Of a stretch of 64,000 nt of DNA, positions 46,704 through 55,785 are shown one piece after another. Within the stretch, counting starts at the first letter, position 1, and the number at the start of each line of letters is the position of its first letter. The position numbers and the translations under genes are program-made. The notes beneath the pieces were generated by a model. It had not been told where the DNA came from. It ran no database searches and was given only the letters and a program-made list of their open reading frames with translations. Origin of the DNA: a virus; IMG/VR virus record IMGVR_UViG_3300027901_000001, one strand, 5' to 3'.

Positions 46704-47703
46704 ATCGGGAACTTGACCGGCCGCCGAAGCCACATCCACAGGCGCATCCACCAGGTGTTACGGCGCTCCGCCGCCTTCTCCTCCAGCGAGAGTGTCCGCA
46801 GCCTGAACGTCAAGAGGGAAGGCCCAAATTCGTTCCCCTCAACATGGAATTCGGTAAGCCGATACTCCTCTCCCATGAATTGAAAACCCTGTCCCACCGG
46901 CCTGTCGACCAGCTTTATTTTCGTCCCACGACCAAATTGAAAATGCACAACTCCTCCTTAGTGCTCGTCTATCTTCTGATACCGCACCCTGATGGTGCCC
47001 TCGATGGAACTCTCCCTACCAGTGGGAGACGGAGAGTTCCAAACCACTTCCGTCACCACGACTCTAGGGCCACCTGCTCTAACCATGACAGGCTCGACGG
47101 GCCTCTTGCCGTTGAGAGGGGGAAGGGGAAAGGCCAGCGATCGAAGAAAGTCCATCAAGTCAAAAGCCGGGTCCTCGACCAGTTTCCGGTAGTCGATAGC
47201 CACTACACTCCCTCCGTCTTGATCGCCGACGCCGCCATGCCCAGTGCCACCAGCAAGTCCGGATGCCGCGCCTCCAGATACACCGGCTCCGCTTCCACTC
47301 GTACTACCCAGACGAAGGGAGGGTCTTCCGCCGCCTGAGCCGCAGCTATCCAGTTGCGTTCCGCCGAAACGGTCGCCAGGCCGCCCAGCGTCTCGTCCGC
47401 CTGGACGCAAAGGGCCTCCAGCTCGGTCCGTGCCCGGACGCGCTTCTGGCCTTCCCTGGTCTCCTCAGTCAGCTTGCCCAGGCCGCCGTCAGGAGGAGAC
47501 GGTAAGACGGTGCTCCCTTCCAACAATATCACAATCTCGCTCTGCCTCAGCGGACACCACTCCGGAACATCCTCCGGAAGCGGAAACACCAGCTCCTTGT
47601 TCGTCGCCCAACACACGCTCCGCTCGTCCTTCATTATCACAATTTTGTGATGGAACGGACACGGGGCCAGGCAGCTCTTTATCTTCTTGAATCTCGGTCT
47701 CAT
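46691..47703 (-). other. Three hypothetical ORFs (46691-46948, 46958-47203, 47203-47703)
   Basis: Coupled ORFs with RBSs. Confidence 0.55.
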
Positions 47704-47711
47704 CTTTCCCT

Positions 47712-48281
47712 CTAGGCAGTCGACTGCCCTTTGAAAATCTCCAGCGGCGTCTTGTACGGCCGCATCAGTGGATGGAAGGGATCACCCTCCTTGGTAATGC
47801 CCAGGCACTCCGGCTCGCGATTCTGAAACTGAACGAGCGCCAGCACATCCCGCTTGCGCCTGGCAGCCCGGCGACGCCCGGCCCCGCCCCAGGCCACCAC
47901 CACCTTGCCAACGTTCTCCTGCTTCAGCACCTCCATGATGTACCGATCGTTGGTCGGCCCGATGGGTCTAACGTCGCGGCCCCAGAGGTCGCCCGGCTTG
48001 GTAGTGCGGAAGGCATACAGGTTCACCACCTCGATGCCACCGTACTCCCAGAGCGCCGCGAAGCCCATACACTTGCGGATGGTTGGGTCGTCCTCGGTGG
48101 CGTCGGCCGTGCTCGGGTTGAGCATAATCCATAACACGCGCTTGTCCTGGTGAGCTGGCGGAAAATGCCTGAGCGGAAACAATGAACGGCCTTCCCGAAT
48201 GCCGAACTCGCGCCACAGCCGGTAACGGTACTTGCCGTCATCGCTGATCACCGCGCCCGCATCTGCGACTATTGGCTTCAC
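47712..48281 (-). CDS. DUF1643 family protein
   Basis: YRYRLWR, IMLNPSTADA..DDPTIRKC, VVNLYA, VVAWG, HPL. Confidence 0.9.
   Translation of the reverse strand: MKPIVADAGAVISDDGKYRYRLWREFGIREGRSLFPLRHFPPAHQDKRVLWIMLNPSTADATEDDPTIRKCMGFAALWEYGGIEVVNLYAFRTTKPGDLWGRDVRPIGPTNDRYIMEVLKQENVGKVVVAWGGAGRRRAARRKRDVLALVQFQNREPECLGITKEGDPFHPLMRPYKTPLEIFKGQSTA
47715..47728. repeat. 14-bp palindrome, copy 7
   Basis: Forms the last codons (QSTA) of the DUF1643 gene. Confidence 0.95.
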
Positions 48282-48859
48282 TTACCCCTCTTCTTTCTGA
48301 CAAAAGGAGAAGTCGTGTGCCTGGACCAGCATGTCCTCGCGTCGTGCCCCCTTCTCCCACAAAGAGAACACCGTCTAAGAGATACATTGCAGGTACGAGC
48401 ATTGTGTCCCCGCCCTCCACAACGAGAACAACGAACCCTGTGAGGACAATGGTTGCTGTGATGCCCCGCTTCATCACAGTGCATACAGTGATCTTTTTCC
48501 TTCTTTCCATATATTCTTCTGAGAGGAATTCCTTTTTTCTTCTTTTCTAACCGGTACGTCTCTCCTTCCTCACTCGGACAAGTATTTTTTTTGTGCCCCG
48601 TCTCTCCACAAAACGAGCATCTCTGCAATCCATCGCCACGCTTAGGGCGGGGGGGTCTTCCAAGGGATAGAATGCTTCCAAATTCAGTTGGCTTCCACTT
48701 CCTTTTTCTTTTCTTTTTGAGGGCAACCCCCTCCAATCTATCAATCGCATGTAAAAGCCTTTTCTCTGGTTTGGATAGCCCTTTTTTTTTACTTCTTGCC
48801 TCCTTTGCCCATCCCTTGGCCTGAAAAATCACATAATTTTCTGCCGCCACTTCGCTCAT
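48278..48859 (-). CDS. Basic protein with four CCHC zinc knuckles
   Basis: Four C-x2-C-x4-H-x4-C units. Confidence 0.85.
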   Translation of the reverse strand: MSEVAAENYVIFQAKGWAKEARSKKKGLSKPEKRLLHAIDRLEGVALKKKRKRKWKPTEFGSILSLGRPPRPKRGDGLQRCSFCGETGHKKNTCPSEEGETYRLEKKKKGIPLRRIYGKKEKDHCMHCDEAGHHSNHCPHRVRCSRCGGRGHNARTCNVSLRRCSLCGRRGHDARTCWSRHTTSPFVRKKRGK

Positions 48860-48866
48860 GGCTGAC

Positions 48867-49227
48867 TCACTGCCGCCCTGCCTTCACCACACTGACCACC
48901 TGAACATCGGGTTTGGTCCTGCTGATGAGAAAACCATCACCAAACCTCTGACCCAGCAGCCTATCGACCACCGCGCAGTTTAGAAGCCGCTCCAGCCGTC
49001 GCTGCTCTTCAGTCCCGAACAGCTCCTCCACGGACTTAGCCTCCAGCTCCTGCAACCGATCGTGCTGAGCCTCCACGTCCAGCTCCAGACTCACCTTGCA
49101 CTTCACCTGCATCGCCTTCTCCTCCGGTTTTTTTCTTCAGCCCACGAATGTAGCGAGCGGCGGCCTGCCAGCCCTCCCCGGTCTTGGCCATCCGCGCCTT
49201 TACGAGCTTCTTGAAGTTGCTCGGCAT
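48867..49227 (-). other. Two small ORFs (48867-49112, 49036-49227)
   Basis: The second contains KARMAKTGEGWQAA. Confidence 0.5.
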
Positions 49228-49230
49228 TTT

Positions 49231-49740
49231 CTACTTCTTATTTTTTTTGGGAGGAGGGAGCTTGCCGATTTGCCTGATGTAGCTGTCTCCAAGAGTACGG
49301 CTGGCCTTATCGAGCTGGCGCACTCGTTCCCGGAGAGCCGGATCCTTAATCTTGTCCAGGTCGATGAGACGCCGAATCTTATCAAACCCTTTTCTGGAGC
49401 CAACGATCCGGCGCACCTTAGCCTCCAGGGCCACGGCTGCGAGATCGTCCTGACTAAAAGTGGCCCGATAACCCACCGTCCGGAGAGGAACGAGGGCCTG
49501 CCCATACTTCAAGTTCAGAACATCCCCAACCCGCTGCATCTTTTTTGCAAAGAGTTTTACAAGCTCGGACTCTTCGCGGGGCAACCTCGACAGGATATGA
49601 GCTGCCCGCACGATGTAGCGAAGTGAGACGTACCTTCCAGGATACTTCTTCGCGCACCAGTGGAGAAAGTCCGCTGCCCTCTCCGTCTCGCTCATTTTTT
49701 TAGGATTAGAATATCCGTTGAATTCATCCTTCACTGGCAT
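49231..49740 (-). CDS. Hypothetical basic protein
   Basis: GGAG RBS. Confidence 0.65.
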   Translation of the reverse strand: MPVKDEFNGYSNPKKMSETERAADFLHWCAKKYPGRYVSLRYIVRAAHILSRLPREESELVKLFAKKMQRVGDVLNLKYGQALVPLRTVGYRATFSQDDLAAVALEAKVRRIVGSRKGFDKIRRLIDLDKIKDPALRERVRQLDKASRTLGDSYIRQIGKLPPPKKNKK

Positions 49741-50671
49741 AATCGGCTCCTTTCTCCTTCCACTGCTGCCTAGCGGCCAGAGAACGATCCTCCAACCGCC
49801 TCACCTTCAGATACGCTAACAAAACCACACGCGCCTTGTTCACGCGGTCAAACTCTTCTTTTGCAGCCTCCGTAGGATTCCTATCCGGATGCAGCTCCGC
49901 CGCCCGCTTATTAGCTTTCCTCACCACAAACCTCTCGTCCGGAGGCTTTTTGAATACAAACCTTATCCCCAAAACTTCACAGGCCCACCTGGCATCGGCA
50001 ACGGTAATCGCCAACGCCTCTTCCATGTCCGCCCGCCGCTTTCCCTCTCGAATCCCATTAATAAGATCACTGATACAAAAACCAAGACCAACCTTGAATC
50101 GCCGGACAACCTCGTCCTTCACACTCCCATTGATGGCGTAGCCCTCACAAATTCTTTCCACAAAACCTTCAGCATTTTCCATCACCTGCGCCTTGAATAA
50201 ACGTGCGTCCGCGTCACCCTTTTTTTCTTCCTTCGCGTCTTTTTTTGTCTCCTCTGGCGCTTCTACGACTTCTTCTGGACCCGTTTCTCCCCGTAAACAT
50301 TGACTAACAACAAGTTCTAACGCCTTGGCAGTAGAAATCTTTTCTTTCCGAGAAAGTGCCAATATCTTTTTCCGTAACGAAATTGCCTTTCTAAGCGTAA
50401 CGGTCCCCTCATCGACCAGTCTAAACAGAACCTCCCCCCACCCACCTGTATTCAACAATATAGACCTACTTTGATAATGCGAAACCTTCCCCCCGAGAGT
50501 TTTACAAAGCCAGTCCCTTTTATAGATCCGCTTTCCATTTTCTTTTCCGCCCAGCATCGACCATAGGCCGTACATCTTGCCCTCAGCCTTGGCCAATTCG
50601 CGCTGGGACATTGACCCTTGCCCCTGCTTATAGCTATCAATCAGCTTAGCCAACTTTTCCTGTGCCGTCAT
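49724..50671 (-). CDS. ParB-HTH-like N-terminus fused to a C-terminal J-domain
   Basis: SQRELAKA..LCKTLGGKVSHYQSRSILL..LFRLVDEGTVTLRKAISL; ACEVLG..ELHPDRN..EEFDRVNKA. Confidence 0.65.
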   Translation of the reverse strand: MTAQEKLAKLIDSYKQGQGSMSQRELAKAEGKMYGLWSMLGGKENGKRIYKRDWLCKTLGGKVSHYQSRSILLNTGGWGEVLFRLVDEGTVTLRKAISLRKKILALSRKEKISTAKALELVVSQCLRGETGPEEVVEAPEETKKDAKEEKKGDADARLFKAQVMENAEGFVERICEGYAINGSVKDEVVRRFKVGLGFCISDLINGIREGKRRADMEEALAITVADARWACEVLGIRFVFKKPPDERFVVRKANKRAAELHPDRNPTEAAKEEFDRVNKARVVLLAYLKVRRLEDRSLAARQQWKEKGADYASEG

Positions 50672-51662
50672 CTCCGCCCTCTACTTCCGTGTACCCAGCC
50701 GCCTGCAAAAGCCGGTTAACCACCTTCCCACCAGATCCCTTCGACTCAGCCCCTTCTTCTCCATCCACTACTATGCTGCTCAACTTCTCCAGCCTGCCCA
50801 TCCCATCATTCATCAACTCCATATTCGCCTTCAGCTCCCGGATCAGCGGCCCCAGCGCAATGACCTTTAACAGCTTTTTCACAAGCCCCCCAACAAACAG
50901 AAGCTCGCCCCCCAGCTTTCTCATAAGGGACCGTGACTCTTCATCAAGAGTTATGTCCTGCTCCCGCTCCAGCTTTAACTCGTTTAATCCTTCCTCTATT
51001 TTTTGCAGCCGCCTACCGTAATCATCCTTGATCGTGCTCCAACGACCGTCCTCCTTCTCAAAACGAAGGTTCAACCGTTCCTTCAGCAAATCCATCCCTA
51101 AACAAAGTTCATTTTGTGTCTCCAACATCATACGCGCCCACTCATAATCCGGCGCTAAAGAACCGGTTGGGCCACCTTCATCCTCATCCTCGTATCTCTT
51201 CTCCTTCTCTCTTTCTTCCTCTCTTTTTTCTACCGAATCCTCCGACTTAACAATTGTTGAAGCCTCCTCCATAACGAACTGAAGAATATCGTCTGGCATC
51301 CGTGTTCCCTTGCTATTGGGAAATAAAAACCAAAGAAGCTCGTTTCCTCCATTAATGTCTTCTTGGTTAATAATTTTCTTCACATAGTCCAGCCACTGAA
51401 TGCCATAAAAAAGCTGGCCGTCTATGGTCGTAGTATAGAGAACACCATGCTCCACCATCCGGTGCAGATATTCTTTTTGCCAACGACTGTTTTTGAAGAG
51501 CCTGGTAACGACAACCCGGTCCACCGGCTCGGGCGGCTCAACGAATAATTCGCTCCTGGTTAAAATACCTCCCTCTCCTTCTTCAAAAAGCCGGATGAGT
51601 CCGTGCAAAGCGAATTTAGCTCGGGCGTCCTCTACGCTCTCCTTGCTGACCTTCGCCACCAC
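50646..51662 (-). CDS. Hypothetical coiled-coil protein
   Basis: GGAGG RBS, GTG start. Confidence 0.65.
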   Translation of the reverse strand: MVAKVSKESVEDARAKFALHGLIRLFEEGEGGILTRSELFVEPPEPVDRVVVTRLFKNSRWQKEYLHRMVEHGVLYTTTIDGQLFYGIQWLDYVKKIINQEDINGGNELLWFLFPNSKGTRMPDDILQFVMEEASTIVKSEDSVEKREEEREKEKRYEDEDEGGPTGSLAPDYEWARMMLETQNELCLGMDLLKERLNLRFEKEDGRWSTIKDDYGRRLQKIEEGLNELKLEREQDITLDEESRSLMRKLGGELLFVGGLVKKLLKVIALGPLIRELKANMELMNDGMGRLEKLSSIVVDGEEGAESKGSGGKVVNRLLQAAGYTEVEGGDDGTGKVG

Positions 51663-51670
51663 CGTCCTCC

Positions 51671-51684
51671 GGCAGTCGACTGCC
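51671..51684. repeat. 14-bp palindrome, copy 8
   Basis: Abuts the RBS of 50646-51662, downstream of a TTGACA promoter near 51750. Confidence 0.95.
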
Positions 51685-51941
51685 TACATGATAACTTTAG
51701 TGACCACCAACGCCTCCCAGTATTTATATTATGGTCACCGTTTGTCAAGTGGGAGTGTTCGCTTTTGTATCGAGACGTAAGTGTCCGATAACATTAATCT
51801 AGGTGAACAACCAGGTCACGCTCATAAGAAAATTGAGGCTACCAACCCACATAGATTTGTAATAGTCAACGCATAAAAACTATGGAGCTACTGAAAAAAA
51901 ATCTTGACGCTCCACTGTTTTTGGTCCATAAAGTTGTCACG

Positions 51942-52178
51942 ATGTCAAAAAAGGTCAAGGCAATCCGAACAGTCCATGTAAACCCAGAGATTCCTACCCA
52001 GGGGCGTCCGAAGCTCTGGGCCTTCGGGTACCGCGATTTCGCCCAACTGTTTGGAATTACTGAGGAAGAAGTCTACTACATGGCCCGGCAAGGATTCGAT
52101 TTCGGCGATCTCAATGCAATCTGCACCAAGTGGTGGGATTGCAAAAAGGCCCGGCTCGTCCGGGACGGCAACTGGTAA
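51942..52178 (+). CDS. Small HTH (MerR/excisionase-like) protein
   Basis: GYRDFAQLFGITEEEVYYMARQG; TTGACG-N17-CATAAA upstream. Confidence 0.5.
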   Translation: MSKKVKAIRTVHVNPEIPTQGRPKLWAFGYRDFAQLFGITEEEVYYMARQGFDFGDLNAICTKWWDCKKARLVRDGNW

Positions 52179-52197
52179 TCAACAAGGAGAAGGTGAC

Positions 52198-53337
52198 ATG
52201 CAAGTAGCATCACACGATGGTTCAGTGTCGTTTGTCGATGGTGACTTCCGCCTCGACGTGAAGTTCCACCGGACAATCCGGTTGCCGGAGGACGGCCGCA
52301 CGCACGCGCTCCCGCCCTCGCTCGGCACCTTTCCCGTCCGCCTGGTGGATGACTTCAAGGACAAGGTTCCGGCCGACTGGATAGAGCACGGCGGAATCTT
52401 TCTGCCCATGCACCAGCGCGAGGCCCTGTGGCTGAGCTTTCACGGCTCGGTAGGGGCCATCAAGGTCGCGGCCGGGAAAATCAATGCGGTCAGCGGCAAG
52501 CCCTGGGACCCGGCTCTGAAGGCCGGAGGCAAGCGGGAAGGAGACGAACAGGACTACATGGTCGGCCCAAGCCCACAGCCCTGGCTCGACGGTTTTAACT
52601 CCGGTGACGGCGTTATCAAGCAGTTCGTGGGCATGGCACTCGGCCAAGGCTACACGGTCGAGGGGCAGGTCACTGGGGAGGAAAAGTTCGGCGGTATCCA
52701 GCTCCTGGTGGTGCCCCCGAAGGACGAACACAGAAAGCGCGTCAATCCACCCCGACCACGCGGCGGCCTGATCGCCTCCGGGTTACACCCCAACCACCTG
52801 GCGGAAGAAAAGACCAGCGGCGGCGTTATTACGCCGGACAGCAGCGAGGTCTACTTCTCATCCGCCATCGACCCCAGCATGGCGCGTTCCGTCAGCCGCC
52901 GGGAACTCTGTTCCTCCAGCGTGCGCCGCCGGGCTTCCACCAAGGGCGCGCAGATCGGCCTGGCCGCCGGGGGCTCCATGAAGCAGAAAATCTACCCCGA
53001 TCCTTTCGGCCTGGAGGTCTGGGACCAGGCCAAGTCCGGCCGCCTGTACGTGCACATCATCAACGCAGAAATGTACCAGGAAATCACCGGCATCTACCCG
53101 CCGGAGATGCCCCAAGACGCCCAGAGTTACGACGGCGCGTGGTTCGACCTGAACGACGGCCAAATGGGCGACGTGGCGGCCTCCGAGACCCTCAGCGGGG
53201 TCAAGACCGTGGCCGAGAAGGACAAGGAGCACGGCTTCGAGGGCCAGCAGGACGACTCGAAAGTAGACGAGAGCGGCAAGGTGCACACCTACGATATGCC
53301 TGCCGGATCATTACCGGTCCGCAACGGGAAGTGGTAA
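52198..53337 (+). CDS. Conserved hypothetical protein of a family shared by bacteria and fungi
   Basis: FHRTIRLPEDG..LPPSLGTFP..GGIFLPMHQREALW..QPWLDGFNSG..QFVGMALGQGYTVE. Confidence 0.7.
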   Translation: MQVASHDGSVSFVDGDFRLDVKFHRTIRLPEDGRTHALPPSLGTFPVRLVDDFKDKVPADWIEHGGIFLPMHQREALWLSFHGSVGAIKVAAGKINAVSGKPWDPALKAGGKREGDEQDYMVGPSPQPWLDGFNSGDGVIKQFVGMALGQGYTVEGQVTGEEKFGGIQLLVVPPKDEHRKRVNPPRPRGGLIASGLHPNHLAEEKTSGGVITPDSSEVYFSSAIDPSMARSVSRRELCSSSVRRRASTKGAQIGLAAGGSMKQKIYPDPFGLEVWDQAKSGRLYVHIINAEMYQEITGIYPPEMPQDAQSYDGAWFDLNDGQMGDVAASETLSGVKTVAEKDKEHGFEGQQDDSKVDESGKVHTYDMPAGSLPVRNGKW

Positions 53338-53435
53338 ACTCGGCTCTGATGCCACGTTCAGGGTGGCGGTAGCCATAGATAAGACGCTCCACAGAAGGGT
53401 AGACGGTACTGAACGAGGAAGTAGTAGGCCACAAT

Positions 53436-53471
53436 AACCCGGCCTCGCCTGGACAGGGGCCGGGTTTTTTT
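53436..53471 (+). terminator. Rho-independent terminator between convergent genes
   Basis: AACCCGGCC...GGCCGGGTT followed by a T-run. Confidence 0.8.
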
Positions 53472-53991
53472 ATGCCGCCGAACTCTCCCAGACGGTGACC
53501 TCGCCAAATTCGTCCCGACGCTTCGTCCGCTTGGGCCTGTGGTCGAATATCAGGTCGGAAGACACGCGCTTCGCGCCCTTGGCCGTCTGTACCTCGCAAT
53601 AGTAGTGGCCGCCGTGGTAGGTCCGCTCCACCCGCGAAATCGTCCCCTGGATGGGCTTCTGGTCGACCTGGCCAACGAGAGCCCAGACCTTCTCACCCTC
53701 CTTTGGAATACGGCGCTGGTCGAAGAAGCTGCCCTTGTTTCTGGCCTCCTCCAGCCCCTCCCGAATCCTCTTCTTCATAATGCCTTCGGCGTGATCGAAG
53801 GTGGCGCGACGCCCCAGGTTAAACTCCATACCGCGCCAATCCAGATAGAAATTCTTACCGCGCTTGAATATCACGGCCTTGTTACCACCGAACACTCCCG
53901 CATAGCGCGCCCCCTGGGAATAGTGCGTCGATCCTTCTACTTTCTTCCAGGACTCATGGAGAGCCCCGACAAGCTGAGAGGAGAAGGACAT
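53470..53991 (-). CDS. Leader-family two-module protein
   Basis: MSFSSQLVGALHES; internal GLEEAR. Confidence 0.75.
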   Translation of the reverse strand: MSFSSQLVGALHESWKKVEGSTHYSQGARYAGVFGGNKAVIFKRGKNFYLDWRGMEFNLGRRATFDHAEGIMKKRIREGLEEARNKGSFFDQRRIPKEGEKVWALVGQVDQKPIQGTISRVERTYHGGHYYCEVQTAKGAKRVSSDLIFDHRPKRTKRRDEFGEVTVWESSAA

Positions 53992-53995
53992 CTCC

Positions 53996-55228
53996 TTAGC
54001 TCTCGCCCCTCGACCGCGCTATCTCCGCCTTGGCCGCCGATAGCTTCTTCGGCTTGAAGTACATATCGCGCTCGATCGCCTGCACGCCCTTGTACTTCGC
54101 GCCCTCCATCTCCTTCAGTGAGGAGTAGCCCAGCTCCCAGCCGTGGCCGGTGTTGGCCGCGCCGAACATGGTGTCGTCCCCGTCAAACTCGGTGATCAGC
54201 CAGTAGCCCATAGCCATGTACGGGCTGAAGAGCTTGAGATAGACCATCGGATCCTTTTCCTTCTCCTGGGAGTAAAGTGGCGGCAGCTTTTTCCGAACGG
54301 ACCCGATGACGAGCTTCTGCTTGCGCTCAGTTAATTCGGTATGATTTGCGTCACTCGCGTCATTCAGCTCGGTCCGTAGCTCCGCGATGCGCTTCTCCCG
54401 GATCTCCGGAAACGGCGAGCTGGTGGCGTCCAGCCGGTCGATCTCGGCCTGGATACCCTCTTGCTTCTTCGCCTTCTTGCCCTTGAACATGGACGCCTTG
54501 ATGCGAAGCCACTTGCGCTCCCGCGCCTCGACCCTGAAGCGGTGAATGGGAGGACCGCCGCCGTAGCTGATGGAGAACTTCTCTCCCTTGCCGCCGCCTC
54601 CGGCCGCCGCCTTCTTCGAGCCACCGCCCTTCACCTTCACGATGTCCAGCGGAGACACGCCGACCGTGCCGGTGTCGTCCCACTTCACATAGACCAGGCC
54701 GCCGCCCGGCCCCGACATATAGTGCATCTTGCCGCGAGGCCCGGCGATCGTTGTGACGGTGCCCTCACCGCCCTTGTCGGGCAACCTCCTCCGGTGATCG
54801 GCGGAGTACAACATGAAGCTGGCCGGGTTGGGCTGGAACTTCACCCTGGTGCCGGGACGCGGCACGCCCTTGCGGCCCTCGGCCAGTTCGAGCTGCTCTT
54901 CCTGGTACGAAGGATAGGCGACCATGTTCTTCGCCACCTTGTCTTTGATCAGCGCCCTCCACTCCTTGCGCCCGAGAGCCCCGTGCGACGGATGACGGGT
55001 TGCCTTCTTCAGAGCAGCAATCATCGCCTCGCGTGACGGGAAGGTCTTGACCTCGTACCCGGCGAAAGCTCCACCCGGCGCTCCGCGAATTGCCATCTGC
55101 TTGGCCTTGGGGTTTTTCTTCAGGTCCATCATCTGGGCTATGGAGATGATCTGGGTACCCCGCGCCTCCTCCAACCGCATCTCGCGGTCGATGTCCGGGG
55201 CTCCGTAATAATCGAATCGTCCGTACAT
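53996..55228 (-). CDS. Multi-module protein with C-terminal DUF2958-like domain
   Basis: RLEEAR, ELAEGR linkers; LKLFSP..WLITEFDG..ELGYSSLKEM..IERDMYF. Confidence 0.75.
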   Translation of the reverse strand: MYGRFDYYGAPDIDREMRLEEARGTQIISIAQMMDLKKNPKAKQMAIRGAPGGAFAGYEVKTFPSREAMIAALKKATRHPSHGALGRKEWRALIKDKVAKNMVAYPSYQEEQLELAEGRKGVPRPGTRVKFQPNPASFMLYSADHRRRLPDKGGEGTVTTIAGPRGKMHYMSGPGGGLVYVKWDDTGTVGVSPLDIVKVKGGGSKKAAAGGGGKGEKFSISYGGGPPIHRFRVEARERKWLRIKASMFKGKKAKKQEGIQAEIDRLDATSSPFPEIREKRIAELRTELNDASDANHTELTERKQKLVIGSVRKKLPPLYSQEKEKDPMVYLKLFSPYMAMGYWLITEFDGDDTMFGAANTGHGWELGYSSLKEMEGAKYKGVQAIERDMYFKPKKLSAAKAEIARSRGES

Positions 55229-55240
55229 GGGACCTCCGTC

Positions 55241-55777
55241 CTAGTAAAACCTGAAGTCCGTACTCCGCAAAAGCCCGTGAAGTGCCGTCAGCGCATTCAC
55301 AGCCATAGAAGCATTCATGTTGGCGCTGTAGTAGGTGTCGCTGGCATCCTGTTTCCCGCCCGACTGTGGGAGAGGACCGCCCTTTTTACTGAACCGATCC
55401 ATCTGCGTGACGGCGTCCTTGAACTCATCGTAGTGTCGCTTCGACTTGTCCGGCAGCTTCTCTGGATCAATAAGACTGGCCATCTGGCGTACAGACTTTC
55501 TCACCTGTTCAGCGGCCCGGTGCTTCTTGTCCGCAAACTCCTTGGCCTTGGGCAACAGCTCCCTTTCAACCGCTGCGGGATCGCCTGCCCCGTGGTGAGC
55601 GCGTCTCAAACGCCCCGTTTCCGACTCTGCCCCCCCCATATTCCGGAGTTCCCCATAAGCCTTCATCGCCCGCTTGTTGGTCCGCTTCATGGCCCTTTCA
55701 TCGAAACCGTAAGGACCTACAGTCCCGGCCCCCGAACCCTCGGAAAGCGCCTCGCTGAGCTGTTCTGAAACCGACAT
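55241..55777 (-). CDS. Leader-family protein
   Basis: True start MSVSEQLSEALSEG after an AGGAG RBS. Confidence 0.75.
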   Translation of the reverse strand: MSVSEQLSEALSEGSGAGTVGPYGFDERAMKRTNKRAMKAYGELRNMGGAESETGRLRRAHHGAGDPAAVERELLPKAKEFADKKHRAAEQVRKSVRQMASLIDPEKLPDKSKRHYDEFKDAVTQMDRFSKKGGPLPQSGGKQDASDTYYSANMNASMAVNALTALHGLLRSTDFRFY

Positions 55778-55785
55778 GGTCGCTC

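Noticed and set aside
53338-53435. Small ncRNA between the 52198 gene and the terminator
   Set aside because: Only one short hairpin (GCCAC...GTGGC) is seen, which is not enough to separate it from a 3' UTR.
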